The translations under genes were made by a program, and so were the position numbers. Source: Bacilli bacterium (GTDB lineage: Bacteria > Bacillota_I > Bacilli_A > RF39 > UBA660). From it: a stretch of 64,000 nt of DNA. Of the stretch, positions 40,853-50,141 are shown piece after piece. The stretch lies in the NCBI GenBank assembly GCA_017404385.1, contig JAFRCK010000023.1, positions 49,917 to 113,916 on the forward strand. The letters run 5' to 3'. The stretch's first letter is position 1; the number at the start of each line of letters is the position of its first letter. The notes beneath the pieces are model-generated. The model made no database searches, was not told the DNA's origin, and saw only the letters and a program-made list of their open reading frames with translations.

Positions 40853-41326
40853 ATGAATAATAAAATAAAAATACTTATAGGAGTGCTTTTAGTTGCGATA
40901 ATAACTATATTAGTAATAGTTTTAATACCAAAAAATAAAGAATATGGTGATATAGAATCATTTACATATAATTTTGGTTCAGGTGAAGGATCATATTATG
41001 AATTTAATATAAATATTGAAGATGATAAATATATATTTACTGGTAAAGGATATAGCTCTTCAGATTTAAATATAAAGAAGGAATTAAGTACTTCTGATAT
41101 GAAAGAATTATCAAATATTATTAAGGATAATAATATAACTAGTTGGGATGGGTTTGATAGAGAAAAAAAAGATATCTTAGATGGTGATAGTTTTAAACTT
41201 ATTGTTAAATATAAAAATGGAGAAAAAATAGTAGCTAATGGTTATATGTTATATCCAGATAATTATAGAGAAGCATCTAAAAAACTAGAAGAGTTTTTAT
41301 TCAAAATTAGTGAAATTGAAGAGTAG
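40853..41326 (+). CDS. Membrane-anchored hypothetical protein
   Basis: N-terminal TM; WDGF....ILDGDSF motif. Confidence 0.7.
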   Translation: MNNKIKILIGVLLVAIITILVIVLIPKNKEYGDIESFTYNFGSGEGSYYEFNINIEDDKYIFTGKGYSSSDLNIKKELSTSDMKELSNIIKDNNITSWDGFDREKKDILDGDSFKLIVKYKNGEKIVANGYMLYPDNYREASKKLEEFLFKISEIEE

Positions 41327-41374
41327 ATAAGTGCAAACTTATCTATTTTTTGTTATAATTAAGTAGGTGATTAT

Positions 41375-42016
41375 ATGAAAAAGAGATTATTGTTATTAAT
41401 AGGTTTTATCTTTTTATTAACAGGTTGTTTTGATAATCCAGAAGTAGAACCTACATCTGAATCTTTAAAAGATAATATTGAAGTAAAAAAAGAAAAGTAT
41501 TTTGATAAAGAATTATTATTCTTAAAGAATAACAATAAGAAAAATGTATCAATAAATATTGAAATAGATTATTTAAATGATGAAGATACAATAATATATA
41601 ATGAAGCTAAGAATATATTATCTGTTGGAGAAAAAAATGAAATTGTATTAAAAGTAAATAATGTACCTAGTGAATATAAAGAATCTAGAATAAGTTATGA
41701 TGTTACTATTTCGACTTATATAAAGGATTATACAAAAAATATAGAAATAGAACATAAAAGAGGAAATAAAGTTATAGCTAGTGTAAAAAATACAAGTGAT
41801 GTAACGATCAATAATCTTTCGTTAGCAGTTGTTTTTTATAATAATAAAAAAATAGTTGGATATGATGAAGAGATAATTCTTGATTTAAAATCAAATGAAA
41901 AAGGTACGTTAGAATTCTTTAATCCAATGGATAAAGATCATAATTATGTAAAATATGATGATTATAAAATATATACAAATTATGCTTATTCATTTGATTA
42001 TGAGAATAAATCTTGA
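41375..42016 (+). CDS. Lipoprotein, FxLYD-like Ig fold
   Basis: LLTGC lipobox; VKNTSD...AVVFYNN.KIVG pattern. Confidence 0.7.
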   Translation: MKKRLLLLIGFIFLLTGCFDNPEVEPTSESLKDNIEVKKEKYFDKELLFLKNNNKKNVSINIEIDYLNDEDTIIYNEAKNILSVGEKNEIVLKVNNVPSEYKESRISYDVTISTYIKDYTKNIEIEHKRGNKVIASVKNTSDVTINNLSLAVVFYNNKKIVGYDEEIILDLKSNEKGTLEFFNPMDKDHNYVKYDDYKIYTNYAYSFDYENKS

Positions 42017-42067
42017 AATAGAAATATTTGTGTAGTAAAATATATTTAGATTGAAAGGATGAAAAAT

Positions 42068-42610
42068 ATGGATGATATTTTATTAATTGCAGAAGAAGAA
42101 ATGGAGAAAGCTATAAATACTTATAAAGATAGATTAGCAAATATAAGGGCAGGAAGAGCAAACCCTTCTATGTTAGATAGTGTTAAAGTTGAATATTATG
42201 GAGTTCCAACTCCATTAAATCAATTAGCAAATGTATCTGTTCCTGAAGCTAGAAAATTACAAATAAAACCTTTTGATAAAAGTTGTTTATCAGATATAGA
42301 GAAAGGTATTTATGAAGCTAATTTAGGTTTAACACCAAATAATACTGGAGAAGTTATATTTATAACTATTCCAGAACTTACTGAAGATAGAAGAAAAGAA
42401 TTAGTTAAACAAGCAAAAGGAATTTCTGAAGATGCAAGAATTGCGCTTAGAAAAGTAAGACAAGAAGCAAATGATGATATTAAAAAATTAGAATTGAATG
42501 AAGATGAAGAAAAAAGATCATTAAATGAAGTTCAAGATTTAATTAATAAATATAATAAAACAGTAGATGATATTGCTGCTGATAAAGAAAAAGAATTAAT
42601 GACTATATAA
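42068..42610 (+). CDS. frr: Ribosome recycling factor
   Basis: IRAGRANP, YYGVPTPL, PELTEDRRKELVK. Confidence 0.98.
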   Translation: MDDILLIAEEEMEKAINTYKDRLANIRAGRANPSMLDSVKVEYYGVPTPLNQLANVSVPEARKLQIKPFDKSCLSDIEKGIYEANLGLTPNNTGEVIFITIPELTEDRRKELVKQAKGISEDARIALRKVRQEANDDIKKLELNEDEEKRSLNEVQDLINKYNKTVDDIAADKEKELMTI

Positions 42611-42667
42611 GTGCTTTTAGGCACTTTTTTTATTTTTATGCATACATTATTACTAAGGAGTGATAAT

Positions 42668-43198
42668 ATGTCTACATATAAAGAAATAGTTACTAAAGCT
42701 GTAATAGGTAAGGGGAAAAAATATTTTAAAAATAAATATTCATTAGAAGCTAATGCTAAACCATCTACAGTTTTGGGATGCTGGATAGTTAATAATAGAT
42801 TTAATGGAAAATTAGATAATAATGATGCACTAATAAATGGTTCTTTTGATATAAATATTTGGTATTCAACTGATAATAATACTAAAACTAATGTTTTAAA
42901 TGAAACCATTAATTATAATGAAATAATTAATATTAAATCAAAAATAGATGCTGATTTAAATGATGCTGAAATCATTGTTAAAGCTCTAAAACAACCTGAA
43001 TGTACTAATGTTAATATAGAAGGTAACACTATAAACTTTGAAATAGAAAAAGAAATTGGAATTGAAGTAGTAGGTGATACTAAAGTTAAAATATTAACTG
43101 AAGATGAAGAAGATGAATGGGAGATATTTGATGATAAATTGGATGAAGATATATCAAAAAAAATAGATAAAGAAGTAAAAGAAGATTTTATTAATTAA
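42668..43198 (+). CDS. cotE: Outer spore coat morphogenetic protein CotE
   Basis: MSTYKEIVTKAVIGKGKK...PSTVLGCWIVN...FDINIWYS, closely matching Bacillus CotE; acidic tail. Confidence 0.9.
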   Translation: MSTYKEIVTKAVIGKGKKYFKNKYSLEANAKPSTVLGCWIVNNRFNGKLDNNDALINGSFDINIWYSTDNNTKTNVLNETINYNEIINIKSKIDADLNDAEIIVKALKQPECTNVNIEGNTINFEIEKEIGIEVVGDTKVKILTEDEEDEWEIFDDKLDEDISKKIDKEVKEDFIN

Positions 43199-43274
43199 AA
43201 ATAGTCAAATAGACTATTTTTAATTGAAAAAAAAGTCATATTTTGGTATTATAATACTTGAGGAGGTAAACAAA

Positions 43275-43688
43275 ATGAAGAAGAGATTAATGGGAGCAGC
43301 ACTTTTCTTGTGTGGAGTTTTATGTTTAACTGGTTGTGGCGGAGGTTCTAGTAAATTAACTTGTACTATTTCACAATCAGGAGTTGATATTACTTTAAAT
43401 GCTGGATTTGATGGAAATAAGGTTAAAGACATGTCATTAAGATATGATATGGATTTATCTAGTTATTCAGATACACAAATTTCTTTATTAGAAAAACAAG
43501 ATTATTGTAAGTCAATTAAAGCATCAATGTCTCAATTTGAATTAAAGAACTGTCAACAAAATATTTCAAATAAAGCTCTTAAAGTTACTTCAGATATAGA
43601 TGTATCTAAGATGTCTGATTCAGATTTAACTGGTTCACCTGAAGAAACTAAAAAAGCTCTTGAAAAAATGGGATTCAGTTGTAAGTAA
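43275..43688 (+). CDS. Lipoprotein (YehR/DUF1307-like)
   Basis: CLTGC lipobox, KLTCT, C-terminal KKALEKMGFSCK. Confidence 0.7.
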   Translation: MKKRLMGAALFLCGVLCLTGCGGGSSKLTCTISQSGVDITLNAGFDGNKVKDMSLRYDMDLSSYSDTQISLLEKQDYCKSIKASMSQFELKNCQQNISNKALKVTSDIDVSKMSDSDLTGSPEETKKALEKMGFSCK

Positions 43689-43739
43689 TAATAAATGTCA
43701 ACTAAAAAGGTTGACATTTATTATTTTTTGGTGTAATAT
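43687..43739 (+). terminator. Perfect 16-bp hairpin terminator whose 3' arm carries the -35 of the rpsP promoter
   Basis: AATAATAAATGTCAAC/GTTGACATTTATTATT; TTGACA(43711)-17 nt-TAATAT(43734). Confidence 0.8.
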
Positions 43740-43765
43740 TATATGTAATTAAAGGAGGGAATTAC

Positions 43766-44038
43766 ATGGCTGTTAAAATTAGATTAAAGAGAATGGGTGC
43801 TAAAAAGAAACCATTCTATAGAGTTGTTGCTGCTGATTCAAGAAGTCCTAGAGATGGAAAATTTATTGAAAATTTAGGTACTTATGATCCAATCGCAGGA
43901 AAAATTGATATTAAAGAAGAAGAAGTTATGAAATGGTTAGGAAATGGAGCTATTCCTACTGACACTGCTAGAAATATTTTATCTCAAGCTGGTGTTATGA
44001 CAAAATTTGCTGAATCAAAAGCAAAGAAAGGTAACTAA
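43766..44038 (+). CDS. rpsP: 30S ribosomal protein S16
   Basis: [31 protein letters not shown]. Confidence 0.99.
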   Translation: MAVKIRLKRMGAKKKPFYRVVAADSRSPRDGKFIENLGTYDPIAGKIDIKEEEVMKWLGNGAIPTDTARNILSQAGVMTKFAESKAKKGN

Positions 44039-44040
44039 TT

Positions 44041-44286
44041 ATGACTTTAGTAGAATTAACTGAAATGATTGTTAAATCATTAGTAAAAGATGCAGATTCT
44101 GTTAGTGTTAAGCAATTTGATACTGAAGAAGATGAGATTTCTATTGAAGTAGTTGTTAATGAAGAAGAAGCTGGTTCATTAATAGGAAAGAATGGTAAGA
44201 CTATTAACTCTATTAGAACTATACTTCAAGCTAGTTCATATATGAAAGATAATAAAAAAGTAAAAATAAACATTACATCAATTTAA
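44041..44286 (+). CDS. khpA: KH-domain RNA-binding protein KhpA (YlqC)
   Basis: LIGKNGKTINSIR GxxG loop; follows rpsP. Confidence 0.9.
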   Translation: MTLVELTEMIVKSLVKDADSVSVKQFDTEEDEISIEVVVNEEEAGSLIGKNGKTINSIRTILQASSYMKDNKKVKINITSI

Positions 44287-44351
44287 TGTTTAAATTTGCT
44301 TTTTTTTTTGATTTATGATATTATATAGGACTAATTTGAGGGGTGTATTGG

Positions 44352-45203
44352 ATGGATAAGAAAAAACTATGGAAGTTTATTATATTTGTACCTTTTGCAC
44401 TAGCTATAGGTGCATTTACATTATATCTTAGATACTATTTTGAATTAAAGTCTAAAGCTGGTACAAAAGTAACTGATATTATTGAAGTATCTTTAGTTAG
44501 ATATAGAAATATTGGTATATTTTGTTTAGCTGTAGGAGTTATACTATTATTTATTAAAACTTTAATTGACTACTTTAAAGTTGAAGATAATAATGTTACT
44601 GAAACTAAAAAGGTTAGTGTACTTGATAGAATTTCTAGTAGAAAAGAAGTTACAGATACTAAGTATACTTTTAGTGAAAATAAAATTATTAGTGATTTAT
44701 TAAAAGGAAAAGTTTTAAAAGGTGTATTTATTAATGAAAATAAAACGATTAAAAATATCCAATTTAAAAATTATGATTCAGATAAAGCAACAATAGAGTT
44801 CTATGATTTAGATCCTGTTAAGGAAGAAAAGACTGTTGTAGCTCCAGTAGTTATGCCAGTTCAAGTAAAAGAAACAATTGCTGAACCAGTAAAAAAAGAC
44901 GTAGTTGTTATTAAAAATGAACCTGAATTTGATTCAAAATTATTTAAAAAATGTAAGAAATGTAATAAGGTTATAGCAAAAGATTCAATAATGTGTGTTC
45001 ATTGTGGAACAGTTATTAAAGAAAAAGAAGTAGTAGAAGAAAAGAAAGAATCTAGATTTAATCCAGTTATTTTCGCCGTTAATATGATAGTTATATTATT
45101 ATGTATTATATTAACATTATTAGTTATAAATAAAATTAATCATAAAGTAGATACTAATAAAGAAAACTTAAATATTTCTTATGTATCTAATTTAGAACAA
45201 TAA
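44352..45203 (+). CDS. Membrane protein with zinc-ribbon domain
   Basis: Two N-terminal TMs, CKKC-x10-CVHCG, C-terminal TM. Confidence 0.75.
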   Translation: MDKKKLWKFIIFVPFALAIGAFTLYLRYYFELKSKAGTKVTDIIEVSLVRYRNIGIFCLAVGVILLFIKTLIDYFKVEDNNVTETKKVSVLDRISSRKEVTDTKYTFSENKIISDLLKGKVLKGVFINENKTIKNIQFKNYDSDKATIEFYDLDPVKEEKTVVAPVVMPVQVKETIAEPVKKDVVVIKNEPEFDSKLFKKCKKCNKVIAKDSIMCVHCGTVIKEKEVVEEKKESRFNPVIFAVNMIVILLCIILTLLVINKINHKVDTNKENLNISYVSNLEQ

Positions 45204-45211
45204 AAAAAGTA

Positions 45212-45868
45212 TTAACGTTTGTTAATACTTTTTATTGTATTTGCATAAGCTTTGTAATCTAAATCATAATTACCATCTTTAAGTTCAAAATTTTTGTCTT
45301 TACTTTTTATTAATTCTGATACTAATAATTTACATAAATCTGGATTTCTAACTAGTAGAGGACCAATTATATATGTTCCGATAAAATTATCTATTCTAAA
45401 TACTCCATCATATGTAAGTATTTTCCCAGGATGATTTTCAAATCCAATTATAGGACTATCTACCAAATCTGAATCTATTTTAATGTCATTAACAATTCTG
45501 TTTTGATGCATAGCCACATAATCATATACACCTAAAGCTTTAATTTTTTTATTAATTATAATATAATTACCAAATATTTCTACAGAATTACCTGTTGCTA
45601 AAATAAATTTTTTATCATTAATAAATTTTTCTATTTCTTTTACATCTTTTTTTAAATCTGATAGGGCAGTAAGAATGTTCTCTTCAGTACCACTACCTAT
45701 ATATAATAAATCTATGCTTTTAAAATCTTTTTTATCTTCTAAAGATATATTTTTAACTTCAACATCAATACCTTGTTCTTTTAAATGATATACAAGTGTC
45801 TTTACATTACCAGAGTCACCATATAAGTTTAATAAATCATTATAAAGGTATCCAATTATTATTTTCAT
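45212..45868 (-). CDS. gatD: GatD/CobQ-like glutamine amidotransferase subunit (catalytic residues absent)
   Basis: YNDLLNLYGDSGN, GFENH, GTY..GPLL.RNP; overlaps murT. Confidence 0.85.
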   Translation of the reverse strand: MKIIIGYLYNDLLNLYGDSGNVKTLVYHLKEQGIDVEVKNISLEDKKDFKSIDLLYIGSGTEENILTALSDLKKDVKEIEKFINDKKFILATGNSVEIFGNYIIINKKIKALGVYDYVAMHQNRIVNDIKIDSDLVDSPIIGFENHPGKILTYDGVFRIDNFIGTYIIGPLLVRNPDLCKLLVSELIKSKDKNFELKDGNYDLDYKAYANTIKSINKR

Positions 45869-47190
45869 TTCTTTTCAACCTCCTTAATTTTATTTTTAAA
45901 TGGTTCTATGTAATCAAAGTTAAGAATTGCATATACATTTCCTTTTGTTTCTTTTTCGATTACCTCTTTTATATTATCTAATTTTTCAAGTATTATAATA
46001 TCCTTTTCATCAATACCTGCATATTTTATTCTTGTTGCGATATCATATGCATCTGGTCCAGTAGATATAACTTTATCAACATTAGCTTCTTTTAATAATT
46101 CAAAATTTATATCATATAACCAAGATAAATCAAAATGTTTATATCTTCTACTAATTTCTTTATGTCCTAAAACAATAGTCTTTTTTTCTTTATCCATTGC
46201 TGCATAAATTAAATTTAAGTTATATGTTGTATTATTTTCAGCTTTACAATTAAGCATAGTATAGTTTTTTTTATTAACTGTAAATTCATCAAATATTTTA
46301 TTATTAATTTTACTTTCTTCTAGAGCATTAATGATTATTTTACTATCTATTTTTAATATATCTGATATAGAGTAGGCAGCAAGAGTATTATATAAATTAA
46401 ATAGTATATTATTATTTATATTAATTTTATATTCATCATTAATAGTAATAATATTTTTAGAATAATCTACTTTTGTTATTTCATATTTAATATTATCTCT
46501 TTTAAAACTACATTTAGGGCATTCATATGATCCAATGCTTCCATAATGATAATAGTCATAGTGTAATTTAGTCTTGCATTTAGGACAATATTCATAATCT
46601 TTAATATCTTGCATTAAATCATAACTATATTTTGTTTTACTTATACCATAATAAGTAATATTCCCTTTATGAAATAAAGAAAACTTTCTAAGTATAGGAT
46701 CATCTCCATTAACTACTAAATGTATATCTTTATTAAGTCCCTTTAATATTTCATTGAATACTATATCAAATGTTCCTTGTCTTGGTGGTTGATCTCTAGT
46801 TATATTATTTACAAGTACATATTTTGGCTTAATATATTTAGTTATTATTTTGATAAATCTTTCATCAACTTCTAATACTAACGCATCTTTATTTAGTTTT
46901 TTACCTTTAACTGATCTAATTATTGCTGTTGTAATACCATTTAATAAATTAGAACCCTCTACATTAGTGCAAACAGTCATATTATTCTTTTCTAGTACTT
47001 CAGTAATTAACTTAGTCGTTGATCCTTTTCCAGATGAACCAGTAACCATAATAATATTTTCTGGATATTTAATTTTTGTTAAGTATTTAGGAAATAGTTT
47101 TAAAACAACCGCACCTGGAAGATTACTGCCACTTCTTCTAAATAGTCTTAAAGTTTTATATATTGTTTTTCCAACAAAAGTTCCTAGCAT
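45865..47190 (-). CDS. murT: Lipid II isoglutaminyl synthase subunit MurT
   Basis: GSNLPG, VTGSSGK, LEVDE, two CPKC zinc pairs, DUF1727 DLSWLYD motif. Confidence 0.9.
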   Translation of the reverse strand: MLGTFVGKTIYKTLRLFRRSGSNLPGAVVLKLFPKYLTKIKYPENIIMVTGSSGKGSTTKLITEVLEKNNMTVCTNVEGSNLLNGITTAIIRSVKGKKLNKDALVLEVDERFIKIITKYIKPKYVLVNNITRDQPPRQGTFDIVFNEILKGLNKDIHLVVNGDDPILRKFSLFHKGNITYYGISKTKYSYDLMQDIKDYEYCPKCKTKLHYDYYHYGSIGSYECPKCSFKRDNIKYEITKVDYSKNIITINDEYKININNNILFNLYNTLAAYSISDILKIDSKIIINALEESKINNKIFDEFTVNKKNYTMLNCKAENNTTYNLNLIYAAMDKEKKTIVLGHKEISRRYKHFDLSWLYDINFELLKEANVDKVISTGPDAYDIATRIKYAGIDEKDIIILEKLDNIKEVIEKETKGNVYAILNFDYIEPFKNKIKEVEKK

Positions 47191-47292
47191 TTATATCACC
47201 AATCTAATTATACTACAATATTAAATTTATTTAAAGTGTTGTATTTTTTTGTTCAATATAGTAAAATAATACACATAAAAGGGTGATTAATT

Positions 47293-48003
47293 ATGGGAAG
47301 AGCTTATGAAGTAAGAAAAGCTGCGATTCAAAAAAATGGTGCGGCTAAAGCTAAAGTATATTCTAACTTTGCAAAAGAAATATATATAGCTGCGAAATCA
47401 GGAGGAACTAGTTTAGAGGCTAACGATAAATTAAAACAATTAGTTGAAAAAGCTAAAAGAAATCAAGTTCCAAGTGATATTATTAATAGAGCAATCGATA
47501 AAGTAAATAGTGGTGTCGATGAAAATTATCAATCTTTAAGATATGAAGGTTTTGGACCAGGTGCTAGTACATTAATAGTTGATTGTTTAACAGATAATGT
47601 TAATAGAACTGTAGGTTTTGTAAGACCAGCATTTACTAAATGTAATGGTAAACTAGGTGTAACTAATTCAGTAACTCATTTTTATGAAAATTTAGCTATA
47701 TTTAGTGTTAAAGGAGTTACAGAAGATGAAGTATTTGAAACTGTATTAAATGAAGGCGCAGATGTTAAAGATATTGAAACAGATGGTGATGAAGTAGTTA
47801 TAACAGCGGATGCTAAAGAATATAATAATATAAAGAAAGCACTAACTAATGCTAATTATGAAATAACTTTAGATGAAGTTAGTATGGTAGCACTTGATAA
47901 GGTTACATTAACAGGTGAAGATTTAGAATTATTTAATAAATTATTAAATATGTTAGATGAAATTGAAGATGTACAAAATGTATATCACAATGTAGAATTA
48001 TAG
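47293..48003 (+). CDS. yebC: YebC/PmpR family protein
   Basis: MGRAYE, YEGFGPG, LTDNVNRT, EDVQNVYHN. Confidence 0.95.
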   Translation: MGRAYEVRKAAIQKNGAAKAKVYSNFAKEIYIAAKSGGTSLEANDKLKQLVEKAKRNQVPSDIINRAIDKVNSGVDENYQSLRYEGFGPGASTLIVDCLTDNVNRTVGFVRPAFTKCNGKLGVTNSVTHFYENLAIFSVKGVTEDEVFETVLNEGADVKDIETDGDEVVITADAKEYNNIKKALTNANYEITLDEVSMVALDKVTLTGEDLELFNKLLNMLDEIEDVQNVYHNVEL

Positions 48004-48068
48004 AAGATTATTAAATCTTCTTTTTATTTTTTATAAAATATGGTAATATTATTAATAGAGGAATGCTT

Positions 48069-49460
48069 ATGAGAGTTAAGAGAAGAAGATTAAGGGTAGA
48101 TAGAATAGTCATTGTTTTAGTTTTATTTATTGGCCTAATTTATCTTATAAAATTTGGTATATATACTATTAAAAATTATAGAATATATAATTCTGCCAAA
48201 AATTCTAGTACTATTTATGTTTCTGATGACAAACTTAATATTTGGAATAAGACAATAGATTATTTAAAAGAAAATAAACAGAAAATATCTATTAATTATA
48301 AAGGTGACTCAGTAACAATAGATACTAAAGATCTAAAAAATGGTATGAATGTAAAATTAGATGGATATAATAAAACTATTGATGAACCATTATTTAATGA
48401 AGTAGATTCTTATTATATTAAAAGCAATGATATATTAAATCTGTCAAGTAGATTAGAAATAAGCCTTCCTAGTTATTTATCTAAATATGATATAGTTGAT
48501 GTTTATAAGGTTAAGAAAAATAAAATAACTCTTCATAGAGCATCAGTTGATGTGGTAGATGGAACTGCTAGTTTTAATGTAGAAAAAGATACTGATTATT
48601 TTATTACATATATAGATGTTAAGAGTATAAAATCATCATCAATAACGTTAGATCAAGGCAAAGAAGAAAAAATTAAAGTACAATATAATCCTAGTAATGC
48701 AACTAATTTAGGGCTAACATATAAAGTTGAAAACGAAAAGATAGCTAAAGTTACTGGTGGAAGAGTTAAAGCACTTTCTCCAGGGGAGACAACTGTTACT
48801 ATTAAATCAAAAAGTAGTGGTGTTACTAAAGATATTAAAATAACAATTAATAAAGTTGAAGAAGTTGTTAAAGAAGATACTAAGAAAGTAGAAAATACTG
48901 GAAGAAAAACATCTAAGGGATATGATATAGTAGAGAAAGATGGAATTACTTACATAGATAATTTAATGATTGTTAATAAAACATATTCTTTACCATCAAC
49001 ATATAATCCAGGTGGACTTACTGATGAATTTAATAATGCATTTGAAGAGATGAGAGCAGCCGCAGCTTTAGATGGAATAGAATTGTTTGTTGCATCAGGC
49101 TTTAGAGATTATGAATATCAAGTTGATTTATATAATAAATATGTTAATATTGATGGACCAGAACTTGCGGATACTTATTCAGCAAGACCAGGTCATTCAG
49201 AACATCAAACTGGTTTAACAGCTGATATAAATTCAGCAGATGAGTCATTTGAAGGTACAGCAGAAGCTATATGGCTAGATAAAAATTGTTACAAGTATGG
49301 ATTTATTGTTAGATATCCAAAAGGTAAAGATCAGTATACAGGTTATGAATATGAGCCATGGCATTTAAGATATGTAGGAAAAGAGAAAGCTAAAAAATTA
49401 TATGAATCTGGTTTATCTATGGAAGAATATTATGGATTTACATCTGAATATATAGATTAA
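48069..49460 (+). CDS. M15B (VanY/LdcB-like) carboxypeptidase with Big_2 Ig domain
   Basis: N-terminal anchor; SGFR, SARPGHSEHQTGLTAD, YEPWHLRYVG. Confidence 0.9.
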   Translation: MRVKRRRLRVDRIVIVLVLFIGLIYLIKFGIYTIKNYRIYNSAKNSSTIYVSDDKLNIWNKTIDYLKENKQKISINYKGDSVTIDTKDLKNGMNVKLDGYNKTIDEPLFNEVDSYYIKSNDILNLSSRLEISLPSYLSKYDIVDVYKVKKNKITLHRASVDVVDGTASFNVEKDTDYFITYIDVKSIKSSSITLDQGKEEKIKVQYNPSNATNLGLTYKVENEKIAKVTGGRVKALSPGETTVTIKSKSSGVTKDIKITINKVEEVVKEDTKKVENTGRKTSKGYDIVEKDGITYIDNLMIVNKTYSLPSTYNPGGLTDEFNNAFEEMRAAAALDGIELFVASGFRDYEYQVDLYNKYVNIDGPELADTYSARPGHSEHQTGLTADINSADESFEGTAEAIWLDKNCYKYGFIVRYPKGKDQYTGYEYEPWHLRYVGKEKAKKLYESGLSMEEYYGFTSEYID

Positions 49461-49539
49461 AAAAATGCAAAAAATTTGCATTTTTTTTATATCTGTGGTA
49501 TGATACTCAGGCGTCAATTTGAAAGGGGTATATTAAAAT

Positions 49540-49905
49540 ATGACAGAAAAAAAGGCAATATTTACAAATGAAGAATTACAAGAAGCTTTTATTAATATAA
49601 GTGATTTATTTAGTAATAGAATTTCTGTAGAAACAATAGAAAGAATATATGACGTTATATCTTCTTATCCATGTTTCGAAAGAGAAAATGGAATTCTATG
49701 TTTAGGAATAGCTTGTGATATTAGAGAAGAACAATTTTCAAAAATTGGTCATATGCTTTATGAAGGATCTATATCACCATCTGATGTTCCTTCACTTATT
49801 AAAACAAGAGATTTTTCAGAAGAAAAAGTAATTGAAATAGCTTTAAAAGATGTTTATGGTTATGATATTAAACAATCAAAAGTAAATAAAATGAATAAGC
49901 AATAA
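49540..49905 (+). CDS. Hypothetical protein
   Basis: 121 aa with its own promoter, GAAAGGGG RBS and terminator. Confidence 0.65.
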   Translation: MTEKKAIFTNEELQEAFINISDLFSNRISVETIERIYDVISSYPCFERENGILCLGIACDIREEQFSKIGHMLYEGSISPSDVPSLIKTRDFSEEKVIEIALKDVYGYDIKQSKVNKMNKQ

Positions 49906-49962
49906 AAAAATAAGTCTATTGACTTATTTTTTTGGTGATGTTATATTATATTTGAAGGAGGA

Positions 49963-50125
49963 ATGACTTATGTTTAGTTATTTTGACAGAAATATCATGT
50001 ATATAAATATAAGTCATATCTGCTAATGCTAATTTAAATTTTTAAAATAGTATGCAGGTATGACATTTTCGTAGTGCCTGCATCCTTTATTTGACATGGG
50101 ATGCTTATTCTCATGTTTTTATTTT
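49963..50125 (+). promoter_or_regulatory. Ribosome-dependent transcription attenuator
   Basis: Five overlapping helices ending in a terminator ACATGGGA/TCTCATGT plus a T tract. Confidence 0.8.
49970..50026 (+). CDS. Leader peptide MFSYFDRNIMYINISHIC of the ABC-F attenuator
   Basis: AGGAGG 8 nt upstream of the ATG; embedded in alternating hairpins. Confidence 0.75.
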   Translation: MFSYFDRNIMYINISHIC

Positions 50126-50141
50126 GTAGAGGAGTGATACT

